DNA from: Camelus ferus
Lineage: Eukaryota
Direction: 5' to 3'
DNA length: 64,000 nt
Assembly: GCF_009834535.1 (NCBI RefSeq)
Contig: NC_045696.1
Coordinates: 558,001-622,000 of the forward strand
In this document: positions 1-12,600 of the stretch, one piece after another
How the letters are laid out: each line of letters opens with the position of its first letter
Position numbering within the stretch: the first letter of the stretch is position 1
Notes under the pieces: model-generated
What the model saw: only the letters and a program-made list of their open reading frames with translations
Database searches by the model: none
What the model was told of the DNA's origin: nothing
Translations under genes and position numbers: made by a program

Positions 1-309
1 GTAGTAAGTCTGGCTAGAACTTTATCAATCTTATTGACTCCTTTCTTTGAGGAATAGATTTTTGGCTGGATCTTGGAAGATCCAGGTTGGGTGACAAATG
101 ATTTCTAGATCATTTCAGGTGTAGCTTGTTTCTTCCACCTAATTTGTGCTTTGGAGTGGGGGGCAGGGAGAGAGACTGAGTCCTGATAAGAGAAACGTAC
201 TAACTTCGAAGGAGGAGTTTGTGCCCTGCCCCTCCATGCCCCCTTCTCTAACGTGGTTCTGTGCGACGCATCTGGTTCTCAGCTTTAATTCCTGGGTGAT
301 TTCTGTGGC

Positions 310-1950
310 CTTGCAAAGTGATTAAGGAAGGAGTACACTAAAAACTGCAAAACATTGTTGAAATTAATGAAAGAAAACCTAAATAAATGGAAAAACACCT
401 TCTGTTCATGGATTAGACTTAATATTATCAAGATGACAAAACTCCCCAAATTGATCTATGAATTTCAATGAAATCCCATTCAAAATCCCACCTAGCTTCT
501 TTGAAGAAATTGACATGCTGATTGTAAAATCTGTGTGGAAATACACGGAACTCAGAACAGGCAAAAATCTTGAAAAAGGAGAACAAAATTGGAGGATTCA
601 CGCTTCCCAGTTTCTATGAACTTTGCTATGAAGCCACAGTAACTGAGACAGCACGGTACAAATAGGTCCAACCCCAGCGCCTACATTTAAAAACATGCAT
701 TTACAGGGTTGGTGCTTGACAAGGCACCAAGACAATCCAGTGGAGAGAGAACAATCTTTTCAACACATTATGTCGTTATGTTGGGAAAGCGGAAATCCAC
801 ATGCAAAAAAATGAAATTGGACTTCACACCACATATGAAAATTAAAATGGATCAAAGACTTAAAAGACCTAAAGGAGCTAAAACCATAAAACTCTTAGAA
901 GAAAACATAGACATAAATCTTATGACTTTGGATTTGGGAATAGATTCTAAGCTGTGGCACCAAAGGCACTAGCAACAAAAGGAAAAACAGACACATCAGG
1001 CACTTTGATGTATTTTGGTGAAATGAAAGGGACATTTCAAGAAAGTGAAAAGTCAACCCACAGCATGGGAGAAAATATGTGTATATCATGTGTCTGATAA
1101 GGAAATAGTATCCAGAATATATGAGAACTCTTACAACTCAACAGTAAAAAGACAAACAATGCAATTAAAAATGGGCAAAGAACTTAAAGAGACATTGCCC
1201 CAAAGAAGACATAGCAAGCCCCATAACCACATGAGAAGATGTTCAGTACTGTCAGCCATCAGTGAATGCAAATGGAAACCACAGTGAGACACACGCACAC
1301 CCACTAGGGCGCTTGCAATACGAACGACAGACAACGGCAAGTGTTGGGGAGGATGTGAAGGAGCTGGAACCCACATACATTGCTGCTGTGGAAAACAGTT
1401 TGGCAGTTTCTGAAAACGCTGCACATAGGGTTATCTTGTGTCTGAGCAATTCCATTCCTAGGTATGTTGCCTAAATAATTGAAAGCATTTATCCACACAA
1501 AATGAATGTTTCTATATGAATGTTCACAGCAGCATTATTCATAATAACCAAAAAGTGGAAATGGCCCGAATGCCTGTTCACAGAGGACTGGATAAACAAA
1601 ATGTGTTGTACTCACACGCTGGAATGTTATTCAGCCGTAAATAGGGACGAAGTTCTGACACACGTGACAATGTGGATGGACCATGAAAGCATGATGCTGA
1701 GTGAATGAAGTGGTCACAAAAGACCACATATTGTGCGAGTCCACTTCTATGAAATGTCCGGAATGGATAAATCCACAGGGACAGAAAGCAGATTTGAGGC
1801 TGCAGGGGAGAGACTTGTGAGTGGCTGCTGATGGCTACGGGGGTTTTGCTGGGTTATAAAGCTGTTTTCGAGTTAGATTGTGGTGACGGTTGTACAACTT
1901 GGTGAATATACACACTGCATACCTGAAAAGAGTGAATTTTGTATCTCATA
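310..1950 (+). mobile_element. Old L1 (LINE-1) 3' portion: degraded ORF2 C-terminus and 3' UTR, in SPATC1L intron
   Basis: A-rich; fragments translate to L1 ORF2-like peptides (TIKLLEENI, MKSQPTAWEKI, MFTAALFIITKKWK..WINKM); typical L1M 3' end GGTGACGGTTGTACAACTTGGTGAATATAC; many stops and frameshifts. Confidence 0.9.
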
Positions 1951-2712
1951 AAATATTTAAAAGTGCTTGGGAAGTGGTGTTACAGCCTCAGATCCTTTGT
2001 CTGTAAGTGGGGTCCGAGGCCCCTTGAAGGTCACCTTGAGGATGAGTTAGGTCACAGAAGGACAGGAGGTGGCCTTGGGACAAGGAGCAGCCACAGCCCA
2101 ACTGTAGCCGGCTAGGAGCTGGTGGCCTCCGGGGCCCCTGTGAGGGGCTTGAGCCCCTGCCGCCAGGACCCTCCCTGCCCAGTTACCTCTGACCCAGCCA
2201 CAATGCCAGACACAGGTGTCTGAGGTTTTGGAGGGGAGGGTAGATGATGTGCTGGGTAACGCTGGGGAAATATAATTAGAATCTCCTGCCAATCCAGCAA
2301 TCCTCTGCACAACGTAGGAAAGAAAGAGTCAGATTATCAAATAAACATTAGACCAGCCTGTGATGCACAGGGGTTGCCAAAACAGTCTCACTGTTCCACA
2401 TAGCCACACAGACCGGACCCACACGTGTTACATATGTGTTCTTGAGTGACCTAGGACCCCACCCTCAGGTTGGGGACACACCTAGCCTATCCCAAGTTCA
2501 CCTGGTCATAGGGCCAGGGCCTCAGGGTGGTCACCTCAGACCAGGTGCTGGTAGACTCGCTGGTGACAAGGGGAAAAAAAAAAAAAACAATCCTGGGCTG
2601 GGCTGTGAAACAGGCTTTTAACGTGTTCACGTCCATCTTAGAGGGATGAAGAAAGGACCTGGGATCTGGGCTGCTTGGGGAGTCTCACCCCCCCCCCTCC
2701 CCGCCCCTGCAG

Positions 2713-2864
2713 AGATCCAGAGCTTCACCAGCACTGAAAAGGATGGGAGAATAGTCGGGGAGATCGCCTTCCAGCTGGACCGGCGCATCCTGGCCTATGT
2801 CTTCCCAGGAGTGACCCGGCTCTATGGCTTCACCGTGTCCAACATCCCTGAGAAGATCAAGCAG
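2713..2864 (+). CDS. SPATC1L: SPATC1L (speriolin-like) penultimate coding exon
   Basis: cctgcag| acceptor, CAG|gtagcg donor; encodes [51 protein letters not shown] (speriolin C-terminal domain). Confidence 0.93.
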
Positions 2865-2874
2865 GTAGCGTGGC

Positions 2875-3030
2875 TGGGCTCCCTCCTTGTCCCAGGACCC
2901 CCCGACCCTGCCTGGGGTCCCTCCCTGCCCCAGGGTGTCCCCCTCCCTGCCCTGGAGTCCTCTCACTGCCCCCAGAGAGTCCCCTCCCTGCCCGGGGTCC
3001 TCTCCCTGCCCGGGGATACCCTTCCTGCCC
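2875..3030. repeat. Imperfect C-rich minisatellite (about 20-nt unit CCCTCCCTGCCC..GGGTC)
   Basis: Repeated ccctccctgccc/tccctgcccgggg units directly after the SPATC1L donor. Confidence 0.65.
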
Positions 3031-3451
3031 TGTGACCTGTGATGCCTATACGCCTGCAGGCCTGGTTGAGGCTGAGTGGTGTCTGAGGCACACATGCCAG
3101 GGGAGGCAATGAGCGGGCTGTGAGGACCTCTGCTTCTGCCCTGTCCTTTGGTGGCCTGGGACAGTCTCAGGAATGGCTCTGGGGCCACGGAGCCCTTGAG
3201 GCTCAGCTCTGCCTGGCAAGCTGCCCTCTCCCAGTGAGGGTGGAGACCCCTGCCATGTCGGAGGTGGGGTCTCCTGGAGGGCGAGGCCATCTCCATTGGG
3301 ATGGCGGCCTGGCTCCGGGCTTCAGTTACCCATCTACAGGCTTTGCTCACGGAAGCTGGGTCCCTGTCCCCGCCCTGGCCCCCTGTCCCCGCCCTGGCCC
3401 CTTCCTGGTGGGGTCGCGGGGCGCCGCCCACCACCGTCTGTGTGCCCCCAG

Positions 3452-3778
3452 ACGTCCATCAAGTCCCTGGACGGCTCGGTGGATGAGAAGAAGCTGCGGG
3501 AGCTGACGCACCGCTACCTGACGCTGACGGCGCGCCTGGAGAGGCTGGGCTACAGCCGCGACGTGCACCCGGCCTTCAGCGAGTTCCTCATCAACACCTA
3601 CGGCATCCTGAAGCAGCGGCCCGACCTGCGCGCCGACCCGCTGCACAGCAGCCCGGCCGCCCTGCGCAAGCTGGTCATCGACGTGGTGCCGCCCAAGTTC
3701 CTGGGCGACTCGCTGCTGCTGCTCAACTGCCTGTGCGAGCTCTCCAAGGAGGACAGCCGCCCGCTCTTCGCCTGGTGA
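3452..3778 (+). CDS. SPATC1L: SPATC1L last coding exon
   Basis: ccccag| acceptor; [22 protein letters not shown]...[21 protein letters not shown]; in frame with the preceding exon. Confidence 0.95.
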   Translation, partial: TSIKSLDGSVDEKKLRELTHRYLTLTARLERLGYSRDVHPAFSEFLINTYGILKQRPDLRADPLHSSPAALRKLVIDVVPPKFLGDSLLLLNCLCELSKEDSRPLFAW

Positions 3779-3799
3779 ACCCGCGCCCCGGCCTCCCTG

Positions 3800-3805
3800 A
3801 ATAAA
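3800..3805 (+). terminator. SPATC1L polyadenylation signal AATAAA
   Basis: Canonical hexamer 21 nt after the TGA. Confidence 0.85.
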
Positions 3806-4252
3806 CGCGTGTTCCAACCCGGGCGCCGCGCTCCTCGTCCGCTCAGCGGGAGGGCGCGCCGGGGGCGCCGGGGCCCGGAGGGCGGCCCCGCGCCGATGCC
3901 CACCGGCCGGGCTGCCGCCGAGGCGCCCAGGCCGCCGCCCACACCTGCGCGGGGAGTCACACTCTATTAAAGTCGTCTGTTTGCTTCTGCTCCTCTACCG
4001 CTGCTCTTTGAGGGCGGAGGCGCCCCAGGGGGGGTTGGAACGAGGCCCCCAACCCCAGGGCCTGCACCTTCTCCTGGGGTCTCGTCCCTCTTCCCAAGGG
4101 GCCAGCAGGTCCTGTCCGGGTGTGGGTTTCCCCGGAGGCAGAGCCGGAGGCCAGGATTCAGAGCAGGGCTGTGGGCAAAACGGAAGCACAGCCCCCTGTT
4201 CAAAAGTTGGGAATTTCAAGGCTGGGGCAACAGAGCCTGAAACCAAGTGCGG

Positions 4253-4299
4253 GGCCCCCACTGTGCGTGGCCCCCACTGTGCGTGGCCCCCACTGTGCG
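4253..4299. repeat. 3 x 16-nt tandem repeat GGCCCCCACTGTGCGT
   Basis: Direct reading; third copy one base short. Confidence 0.85.
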
Positions 4300-4899
4300 G
4301 GTACTGCTGGTGAGGCTGGCCCGGGAGGCGGCTTACCTGGGAGGCGATTCAGGAGGCAGGACCCCGGGGTGGGGGGCCCGCACGACGTGTGTGAATGGCT
4401 CTTGGAGCCTGCTTCCCGCCTGGCTCTGGGACCCGGGGCCTGGGGCCCTGGTCCCTGCGGCTGGAGGATGGTAATAGAAGCCAGCATCTGGGCACTGGTG
4501 AGATGGCTTTTCCCTGTAAACAGCGGGGCATTCCAGGGCCGCCTCATCAAGGAGATATTTATAACACCTGCCAGAGTGTCAGCGCCTCAAAATCACCCCC
4601 AACAGCTGGCCCCAGCATCATGCTGGGTCCCGTCCCTGCGTCTGTGCCCCCAGTCGTGGGCAAGCCCTGGCCCAGAACCGTCTCTGAAGGAAGCACAGAG
4701 CCCCTGGCCCATCTTTCCCGAGGCCTGGAGAGGGCAGGTGCCCCCCGGGCCCCACAGTCAGGACACCTTCAGGGTTGGGCTTCGAGTGGAGGGGCTCTGG
4801 CTCCTCCTCTGCTGTGCATATGCGGGTGCTGGGGTGACCTGTCCCTTGGTCCTCACAGCCTGGGGTGTTGGTCCCAGAAGCCCCAGCTCCTCAGGCCTC

Positions 4900-5260
4900 T
4901 GTCTGTCAGCTTGGGTGCTGTGACAAATACCACAGACGGGGCAGCTTAACAGAAACTCATTTTCTCACAGTCTGCAGGCTGGAATCCAAGATCAGGGTGC
5001 CACAGGGCTGGTTCCTCCTGAGGCCTCCCTCCTTGGCGTGTAGACGGCCGTCTCCTCCCTGTGTCCCCATGTGGCCATCCCTCTGTGTGTGTCCGTGTCC
5101 TGATCTCCTTCTCACAAGGACGCCAGTCCTATTGGCTTAGGGACCACCCTAGGGACCACGTTTTAACCCAACTACCTCTGTGAAGACCCTGTGTCCACAC
5201 GGTCACACAGGATCAGGGCTTCGACACACAAACTGGGGGGATCACAATTCAGCCCAAACA
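4900..5260 (-). mobile_element. MLT1-type (ERVL-MaLR) solo LTR
   Basis: GCTGTGACAAATACCACAGAC..TTTCTCACAGTCTGCAGGCTGGAATCCAAGATCAGG..ACAATTCAGCCC pattern typical of MLT1A/B in reverse. Confidence 0.8.
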
Positions 5261-6438
5261 GACCTCACCCCTCCCAGCTGTCAGGCTTACCCTGGCTGAG
5301 GCTGCCCACCACCTGGGGCCTCTGCTGGGGGCAAGGCCATCTGGCAGGCACCTCCACCCCACCCTGGGGCTGCGGGTGTGTGGGAGGGACTGGCGTCGTG
5401 TCGGAGCCTGGGTTTGGAGAGCTGCGCTGGTTGAGCCTTTGCGGGGAGCCAGGTGCTGCTGGGACCCGCAGTAGGAGGCAGTACGGCCGTCACCCACACT
5501 TACCCGCGTTCACCAGGGAGAGCCGCGGCGGGAGAGGGCCGGCCTGTCCCTGGCCTCCGGGGGTGTCGGCTCACCGAGCCGCTCGTCCCTCTTCCAGTCC
5601 CCGTAAGCAGCTGCTGGAGGTGGGGCTTCCTGAAGCCCAGAAGGCTGAGGGTCTGAGAGATCTGGGCATCTCCTCGACTGGCCCCATGGTGACTGCTGAG
5701 GAGGGAAGTACCTTCAGATGCTGGTCGCTCAAGGGCTGTGTGGGACGCCTGCTTCCGGGAGACCGCAGATGGGACGGGGGGTTGCGGGGGTCCACGTGCT
5801 GCCAGCATGACTGCGTGATCTGTGGGCCTTTGCGGGACAGAGATATCCACGTTCGAAAATCACTGAGGGTTTCAAGCAGCATCGGCCTGAGCGGCCCCCT
5901 GAACCGAGGGCCCTGGGCTGCTAACTGGGGGTGTGTCGCCCCCTGTGGGGGTCCCCTGGCTGCAGGGAGCAGCAGCCCGGAGAGCTGGGCCCTGTGTGCC
6001 TGCCCCACGGGCAGCGCCTTCACACCCGCCCTCACGCTCACCCGCGTGCTCTCCCTCCTGACCAGGGGAGCTGACTTCCGCTGAGGGGAGGGCCCAGGGC
6101 TGGGCCTCTCACACGGTCCCCCTGCAGCCCTGCAGCTCCAGCTGTCACCGGAAGAAACAGGCCAGAGGCCACTTGGAGGGCCACACAGGGGGTCACTAGC
6201 TGGGACTGGAGCCCGGGCTGACCTGAGGCCATGGCTCATGAGGGCCTCCCCCTCAGGTCCAGGTCACACGTCCTGCTTTCAGGGGAGCCCACCCCAACCT
6301 GGGCGGAAGCGTCCATCCTCCTCCTCCGTTGGCAGCCCCACAGGGGTCCCAGTTCTGCCCCTCACCCCTGCCACGCCTGGCCACCCCTGGTCGGCTCTGA
6401 GTTTGCACAGGTGCCACAGCCCTCCTCGCATGACTAGT

Positions 6439-6486
6439 GGTTAATGAGAAGCCTGCCCAGGGGAGGGCCCCGCCCGGTGCATAAAT
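6439..6486 (+). promoter_or_regulatory. FTCD proximal promoter: HNF1-like site (GGTTAATGAGAAG) and TATA-like CATAAAT
   Basis: GTTAAT half-site at 6440-6445 and CATAAAT at 6480-6486, about 80 nt upstream of the ATG; FTCD is a liver/kidney enzyme. Confidence 0.5.
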
Positions 6487-6565
6487 GTCCTGCCAGCGCC
6501 GGAGCTCATCGTCCCTCCTTCCCGCCTCTGCCCTGTGACAGGAGCAACGGATCAAGGCCTGGACC

Positions 6566-6619
6566 ATGTCCCAGCTGGTGGAATGTGTCCCCAACTTCTC
6601 GGAGGGGAACAACCAGGAG
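6566..6619 (+). CDS. FTCD: FTCD exon 1 (coding part)
   Basis: acc[24 protein letters not shown]|gtgagg. Confidence 0.95.
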
Positions 6620-9600
6620 GTGAGGGGACTGGGCGTGGCTGGGGGCAGCACAGGGGCTCAGACAGGAGAGGGTTGTGCTTGGTGTGGGGCTTAGGGATAA
6701 TTTTCTCCAAAAGGGACGTGCCCTATGAGGATGGGGGCTTGGACGTGACCAGCGGGCTGTGAGGATGTGGCGCGGGGTGAGCAGCCAGGCAGGGGTCCTG
6801 GCCTGGATCTGGGCGTGGGGTCTGGGCAGATCACTCGGCCTCTCGTGTGAAAAGGAGACCCCTCCAGCCGACCCACCAGGTGGGTGAAGGTCTCCGTGGG
6901 GCGTGGCCTCCCCTCCCCACACCTTACACGGCGGGCACTGCTGTTATCTTGATGTGACCTACAGGAAACTGAGGCACAGAGAGCTGGGTAGGCCTTCCTG
7001 CTGCCTCAGAAGGTTCCGGACCTTTCATGCACCTCCTCCCGTGCAGGCCACCTGGGGGCCGGGGCCCTGACCCTCTGTGACCCTGTCCTATAGATCACCT
7101 TCTTAGGGCCCAGGCAGCCCCTCTGCCCAGGCTCCTGCCTCCATGTGTCCTGCAGGGAGCTGCTCGTTCCTCCTCCCTGGGGCTCCTGCTCTGGGGAGTT
7201 GCCAGATGCTTGGCACCAGCTCCATGCCCGTGTCTGGGTCGGGGCAGGACAGGCATGGCCCCCCAGTCCCTGCTCCGTCCCCCACGGGGAGACCGAAGCA
7301 CAGAGTGGCTTTTGTCCCCAGGTGATTGAGGCCATCTCCCGAGCTGTGGCACAGACCCCGGGCTGCACGCTGCTGGACGTGGACGCTGGCCCCTCCACCA
7401 ACCGCACTGTCTACACATTTGTGGGGCGCCCCGAGGACGTGGTGGAGGGGGCCCTCAATGCTGCCCGGGCCGCCTCTCAGCTCATCGACATGAGCAGGCA
7501 CAGAGGTGAGGGGCCGAGCACCGGTGGCCGGCCTTGCCCACAGGGCTTGCGGGCGGCATGGTACCGACAGGCCAGCCCGATGCCCCTTGGGCCCCATACA
7601 CGTTTTGGGGGCCCAGGTGTGACCAGCAGTGAGGCTCTTGTGCTCTGAGCAGGCTCTGGGAGAGGACGCTCCCCAACCTGTCAACAGCCCACAAATCAAA
7701 CACATTTCCTGGGCAGCAGGGTCAAAGGTGGGTGGACACCCAGGGAGCTGGTCAAAAGGGCAGGGTCTCTGGCCGCTCACAGTGGGGGAGGGAATGCACA
7801 AGTGATCCCATTGGTGAAGAGAGATGGAGGCTTATCTCAAGCAGAGGAGCCGCCTGACGGGAGGGGGACATGGGGGCCGCCTTCTCTCGGGGAGGGGGTG
7901 CTGCTGATCCAAAGCTGGCAGCTCCGTCTGCCCCATGGCGAGTCTTGGGTTTGAGAAGGAGGGGGAGACTTTCTGAGAGCTTGGAGTTACCCCTTTTAGG
8001 AGAGGATGGGGCTCCCTACAGAGATGCCGGATTAGCCGGAGTACCTGCTTCTTCCTGCGCTCCTGTGGTCTGAGTGGACGGCTGGTGTGCGCGTGGAAGG
8101 GGCCAGAGAGGGTGGGGTCCACCCCGCGTTCCCCACCGGGACCTCCCGTTTACCAGCCCCCTTCTCTCGCAGGGGAACACCCTCGGATGGGCGCCCTGGA
8201 CGTGTGCCCCTTCGTCCCGGTGAGGGGCGTCACCATGGACGAGTGCGTGCTCTGTGCCCAGGCCTTCGGCCGGCGGCTGGCAGAGGAGCTGGGCGTGCCA
8301 GGTGAGTGCCCTGGAGCATGCCCGGTCCCAGGGGCTCCCCCAGCCGGGCCTCCTCCTTTCACTTCAGTTCCCACCAGCAGCAGCCATGCCTCAGGTCCTC
8401 TGCTCTTGGATCCTTCAAAATGCAGACTGTAAGGAAAAAAACTTATTAAGCGGATTTTTGACAGACAGGAATATGTCCCTCTTCTCCCACACTGAGACAA
8501 AGTGCAAGGCTGGGCCCGCGTCAGGGAGGTGCTGCTCCCGCGCGCGGGGGCGTGGGGCCGAGTAGCCGCCCTGTAAGGACTGGGCCTGACGGATGGAGAA
8601 CCCTAACAATCTGCCCTTAACGGAACGACTTCACTTTGGGGAATTAACCAAATGGAGGCGAGGCCCCACACAGGGCCTCGGGTGGACACGTGAGCCCAGT
8701 CTAGCCCCTGCGACCTGGGCGATGTGGGCGGATGGACAGGCCTAGGGGAGGGACACACGGGGCGCAGTCTGTCACAGCGCTTGTGTGGGTGTTGGGAGTC
8801 GGTGGGGGGTTCCTTTGTGCAGCTTAATTTACGGGCAAGTTTATCGTTCAATGAAAATGTATTTTGGAAGGAAACACGACTCTCCCTCCAGCCCTGCACA
8901 TCCACTCCTAATGCTTGTGGTCGCGTGCCGGCTTTTCCTGGGGCTTCTGTGCAGGGGCAGTAGGGGTGGAGTGGAGGGTCCCGCCCATACACAGTGCCCG
9001 TCCGAGACCCTCCAGGCCCATCCGACGAGGCGCAGAGGTAGGAGCGCCGCCAGCAAAACGGAGCTGCGGCAGGCCTGTCCGGTCGCTCCTCCGGGGACGG
9101 GGGCTCTGCGCGCCCACCGGCCGAGGGCCTGACCAGCCAGGCCCGCCTTGCAGTGTACCTCTACGGCGAGGCGGCGCGGACGGCGCATCGCCGGTCCCTG
9201 CCGGCCATCCGGGCCGGGGAGTACGAGGCCCTCCCTGAGAAGGTGCAGTGACCCGCTAGGTGGGGGGTTGGGGGTGGGCTCTGCGCAGGGGCCCTCCTTC
9301 CCCTTCCCTCACCCGGGGGCCCGCCCCACAGCTCAAGCAGGCCGAGTGGGCACCCGACTTCGGGCCCAGCTCCTTTGTCCCCAGCTGGGGGGCCACCGTC
9401 ACGGGGGCGCGGAATTTCCTCATCGCGTTCAACATCAACCTGCTCGGCACCAGGGAGCAGGCTCACCGCATCGCACTCAACCTCCGGGAGCAGGGCCGCG
9501 GGAAGGACCAGGTGGGCGGAGCTGCCTCGCGCACGGGGTTGGGTTGGGGGACCTGTGGAACCCCGAGGGGCCCGCCAGGGAGGCTCAAGGCTGGGCCACG

Positions 9601-12600
9601 TGGGGAGCCTGTCTTTAAAGGACATTTTCCATGGAAGTGGGCAGGGCTACAGCTGTTGTTAGAATATTGCAGTATTTCCTCATGGATAGGGAGACAGCTG
9701 CTTCTGAGTCCCAGGTGCCCCCATGTGCCTCCAGGTGTCCCCAGGTGCCCCCATATACCTTCAGATGCCCCCGAGTGCCCCAGGTGCCCTAATCCGCACC
9801 ACAGTCTACCAGGGCAGCTGTCACTTCGTTTGAGCATCACTCCTGGAGAAGGTTCTAGTTGGACGCAGGTAGACACAGAGACACCTGGTGAGGGGGTGGA
9901 GGGTAACATCCTGCAGACCTGTCAGCTCCCACCCTGGGGACCTGGGCCCTGCCAGGCAGCCAAGGCCCCGGGAGCCCAGTTTCCATCTGCAGACTCAGTT
10001 GTCTGCAAGCACAACACAAACGTATAGCATCTCCCAAATCCTTCTTTATGCTTCAGTTGAAGTCAGAGGTCAGAGATCTTCCTGGATGGACTGAGTCACC
10101 TCGAGGAGTGAGGGCTGAGAGCTGGCCTCTGGGGTGAGGGGTGGGGTGGAGGGAAGGGACGGGCCCACAGGACAAGCTTGTGTGGAGTGCTGGCCTGGAG
10201 GCAGCGCCTCATGTGGGGTGGGGCAGGCATCTCGGTGCTGAGCCCTGACCCTTAGGGGCCTCCGTTTCTTGTGGTGGGCAGGCCCCTCTCTGGCTCCACA
10301 GAGACAGTGGGAGAGCCGCCTGGCACTGGCCATCCGGGCAGCACCGCACAGGCCAGGCCTGCCTCATCCAGGCATCTGGGGATGAAGGGAGCCCCCTGGC
10401 CAGCTGGGCAGGAGGCTCTCAGAACGGGGCCCAGGAGAGGCTGTCAGGGCCAGGTTGGGAAAGTCTTGTCCTTTGCAGCCAGGACGCCTGGAAAAGGTGC
10501 AGGGCATTGGCTGGTACCTGGATGAGAAGAACCTGGCTCAGGTGTCTACAAACCTCCTGGACTTTGAGGTCACGGGGTTGCACATGGTCTTCGAGGAGGC
10601 CTGCAGAGAAGCCCAGGTGAGCAGGGCTGTGGTCCCCCCCAGGGCATGCTCACGCCCAGCCCCTGGGTGCTGACTTGGCCTGACCTCTGACCTCCCCAGG
10701 AGCTGAGCCTTCCAGTGGTGGGCTCGCAACTGGTGGGCCTGGTGCCTCTGAAGGCCCTGCTGGACGTGGCCGCCTTCTACTGCGAGAAGGAGAACCTCTT
10801 CCTCCTGGAGGAGGAGCACCGCATCAGGCTGGTGGGCTGGGCCCCAGGGAGGGTCGGGCTGGGCTGGGTTGGGCTGGGCCCTGGGCCAGGGTGGGGGGGC
10901 GGGGGCCCTGCCTGGAACCCCTGGCTGAGTCTGAGCCTCCTCCTCTGCCTCTTTGCTCTGTTGTCTGGGCCCCGAGGTTGAGATTGTGCTGCTTTCATTT
11001 GGGGAACTCTACTGGGGTTTTCTTTGAGAACTGAGATATGTTCCATCTTGTAAAACCTCTGCGGAGAGGACAGCGCCTGTGTCTCCTGGGGGGACCAGCA
11101 CCCCTCCGTCCTCCTGCACGGGGGGGGGGGGGGTTGGCTGTGGACATGACACTCAGCGTCCATGATTATTCACAAAGTGGCTCCTTTGTCCCAGCTCCGC
11201 CTGGCCTGCTCTGGGTGTGGCAAGGCCTTGGCTGTCCTGTTGTCCTGGCCTCTGAGTCATTTTGTTTTGAGGGTGTTTCTCACAATGAGCACATGATTGG
11301 ATTTCCCTGAAAGTTTTTGTTTTTTGGTAGTTGAGTTTATCCTTTTGTATTGACTAATTTAGCAGATATGTCTGGAATTACTTTTGTCCTGTTTTTAAGC
11401 ATGTGAGGCTGTAGCTCCCCTCCGGTTTATGGAGGAGTTAGTCTAATTTTTAGGTATTTTGGTGATTACCTTTATTACTTAATATATTTATCTCTATTTT
11501 GATTTATTAATTTAAAACCTTTATCCAAATGTATCAATTTGATTTATCAGTTTTTCTTATCACAGGCGCACATTGGACATATCGTAGGTGTGGTTCCAGA
11601 CCATTTCAATAAAGCAAATATCGCAATAAAACAAGTCACAGGAATTTTTTGGTTTCCCAGTGCATATGGAAGTTATGCTTACACTCGACTGCAGTCTGTT
11701 AAGTGTGCAATAGCATTATGTCTAAAAAAAGTGTACGTACCTTAAGCACTTTATTGCAAAAGAACGTTAACCATCATCTGAGCTTCCAGCGGAAATCTTT
11801 GTGCTGGTGGAGGGTTTGAAGTATTGCTAGACTTACTGAAATGTGATGGAGACACAAAGTAAGTAAATGTTGTTGGAAGAATGTTGGAAAGATGGTGCCA
11901 ATAGACTAACTCGATGCCAGGTTTCCACAGACCTTCAGTTTGTAAACAAGCGCGGCCTCTGAAGCGCGGCAGGGCGAGGCCCGCCTGTGCCCCGGCTGCC
12001 GCTGTGCAGGCGAGAGAGGACGTGCTCAGCACTTGCTCCCTCTTCTCTTCCTGCGCCATTTCCTGGTTTTTTTTTTAGAGCTGTGGTATTTTTTAGGGGG
12101 TTGTTTCAGTGGCTAAGTATCTGCCTTAGAACCTGCCTCGAAAGGCGGAGACTCTGCCGCGCGCATCTTGGTGTTGGCTGGTCTGTGTCGCTCTCCCTTT
12201 GGGACGAGGTCTCACTCTTGTTTCGTTTCAGGGATGTTTTCTTCCGCTGTATTTTTGACCCAGTTTTCGGTTCCTTTCCTTCACAGTCATCAGCTACACC
12301 GAGGTAGTGTTTTCGTCCTCCACACGGTCTGTCTTTTCTCCGCTTTCTTTCCACTCCTCTCCGCCAGGTCCGCTGTGGTCTTCGGAGGCCTGGCTTCTCA
12401 GTCACTGTTGCAGTCTGCGGCCCGGTCTTCTCTCCAGCTGTTACAGAGTTTTGCGTAACTTTTAATTCTGATGTAATTTCCTCCTCGCAGAGAAGGTGCA
12501 GCAGTACCAGGAGCTCCCTCATCTCTAGGTCCACCCATCGTTTGCATTTTGCCCCATTTGCTCTATTATTCTTTCTCTGTATTCACATATAATCGCATTT

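Larger units (their letters stand above)
3400..4030. promoter_or_regulatory. CpG island over SPATC1L last exon and 3' flank
   Basis: Dense CpG (GCGCGCC, CGCGCCG runs), very high GC by eye. Confidence 0.75.

Noticed and set aside
66..85. Perfect 9-bp inverted repeat CTGGATCTT-GG-AAGATCCAG
   Set aside because: One such hairpin is not unexpected in 64 kb; no supporting context
4253..4299. Short direct repeats considered as CRISPR-like
   Set aside because: Head-to-tail with no spacers, in eukaryotic DNA with no cas genes
4120..6239. Long ORFs (267, 297 and 222 aa) between SPATC1L and FTCD
   Set aside because: No domain similarity, partly run through an MLT1 LTR and a tandem repeat; GC-richness artefacts
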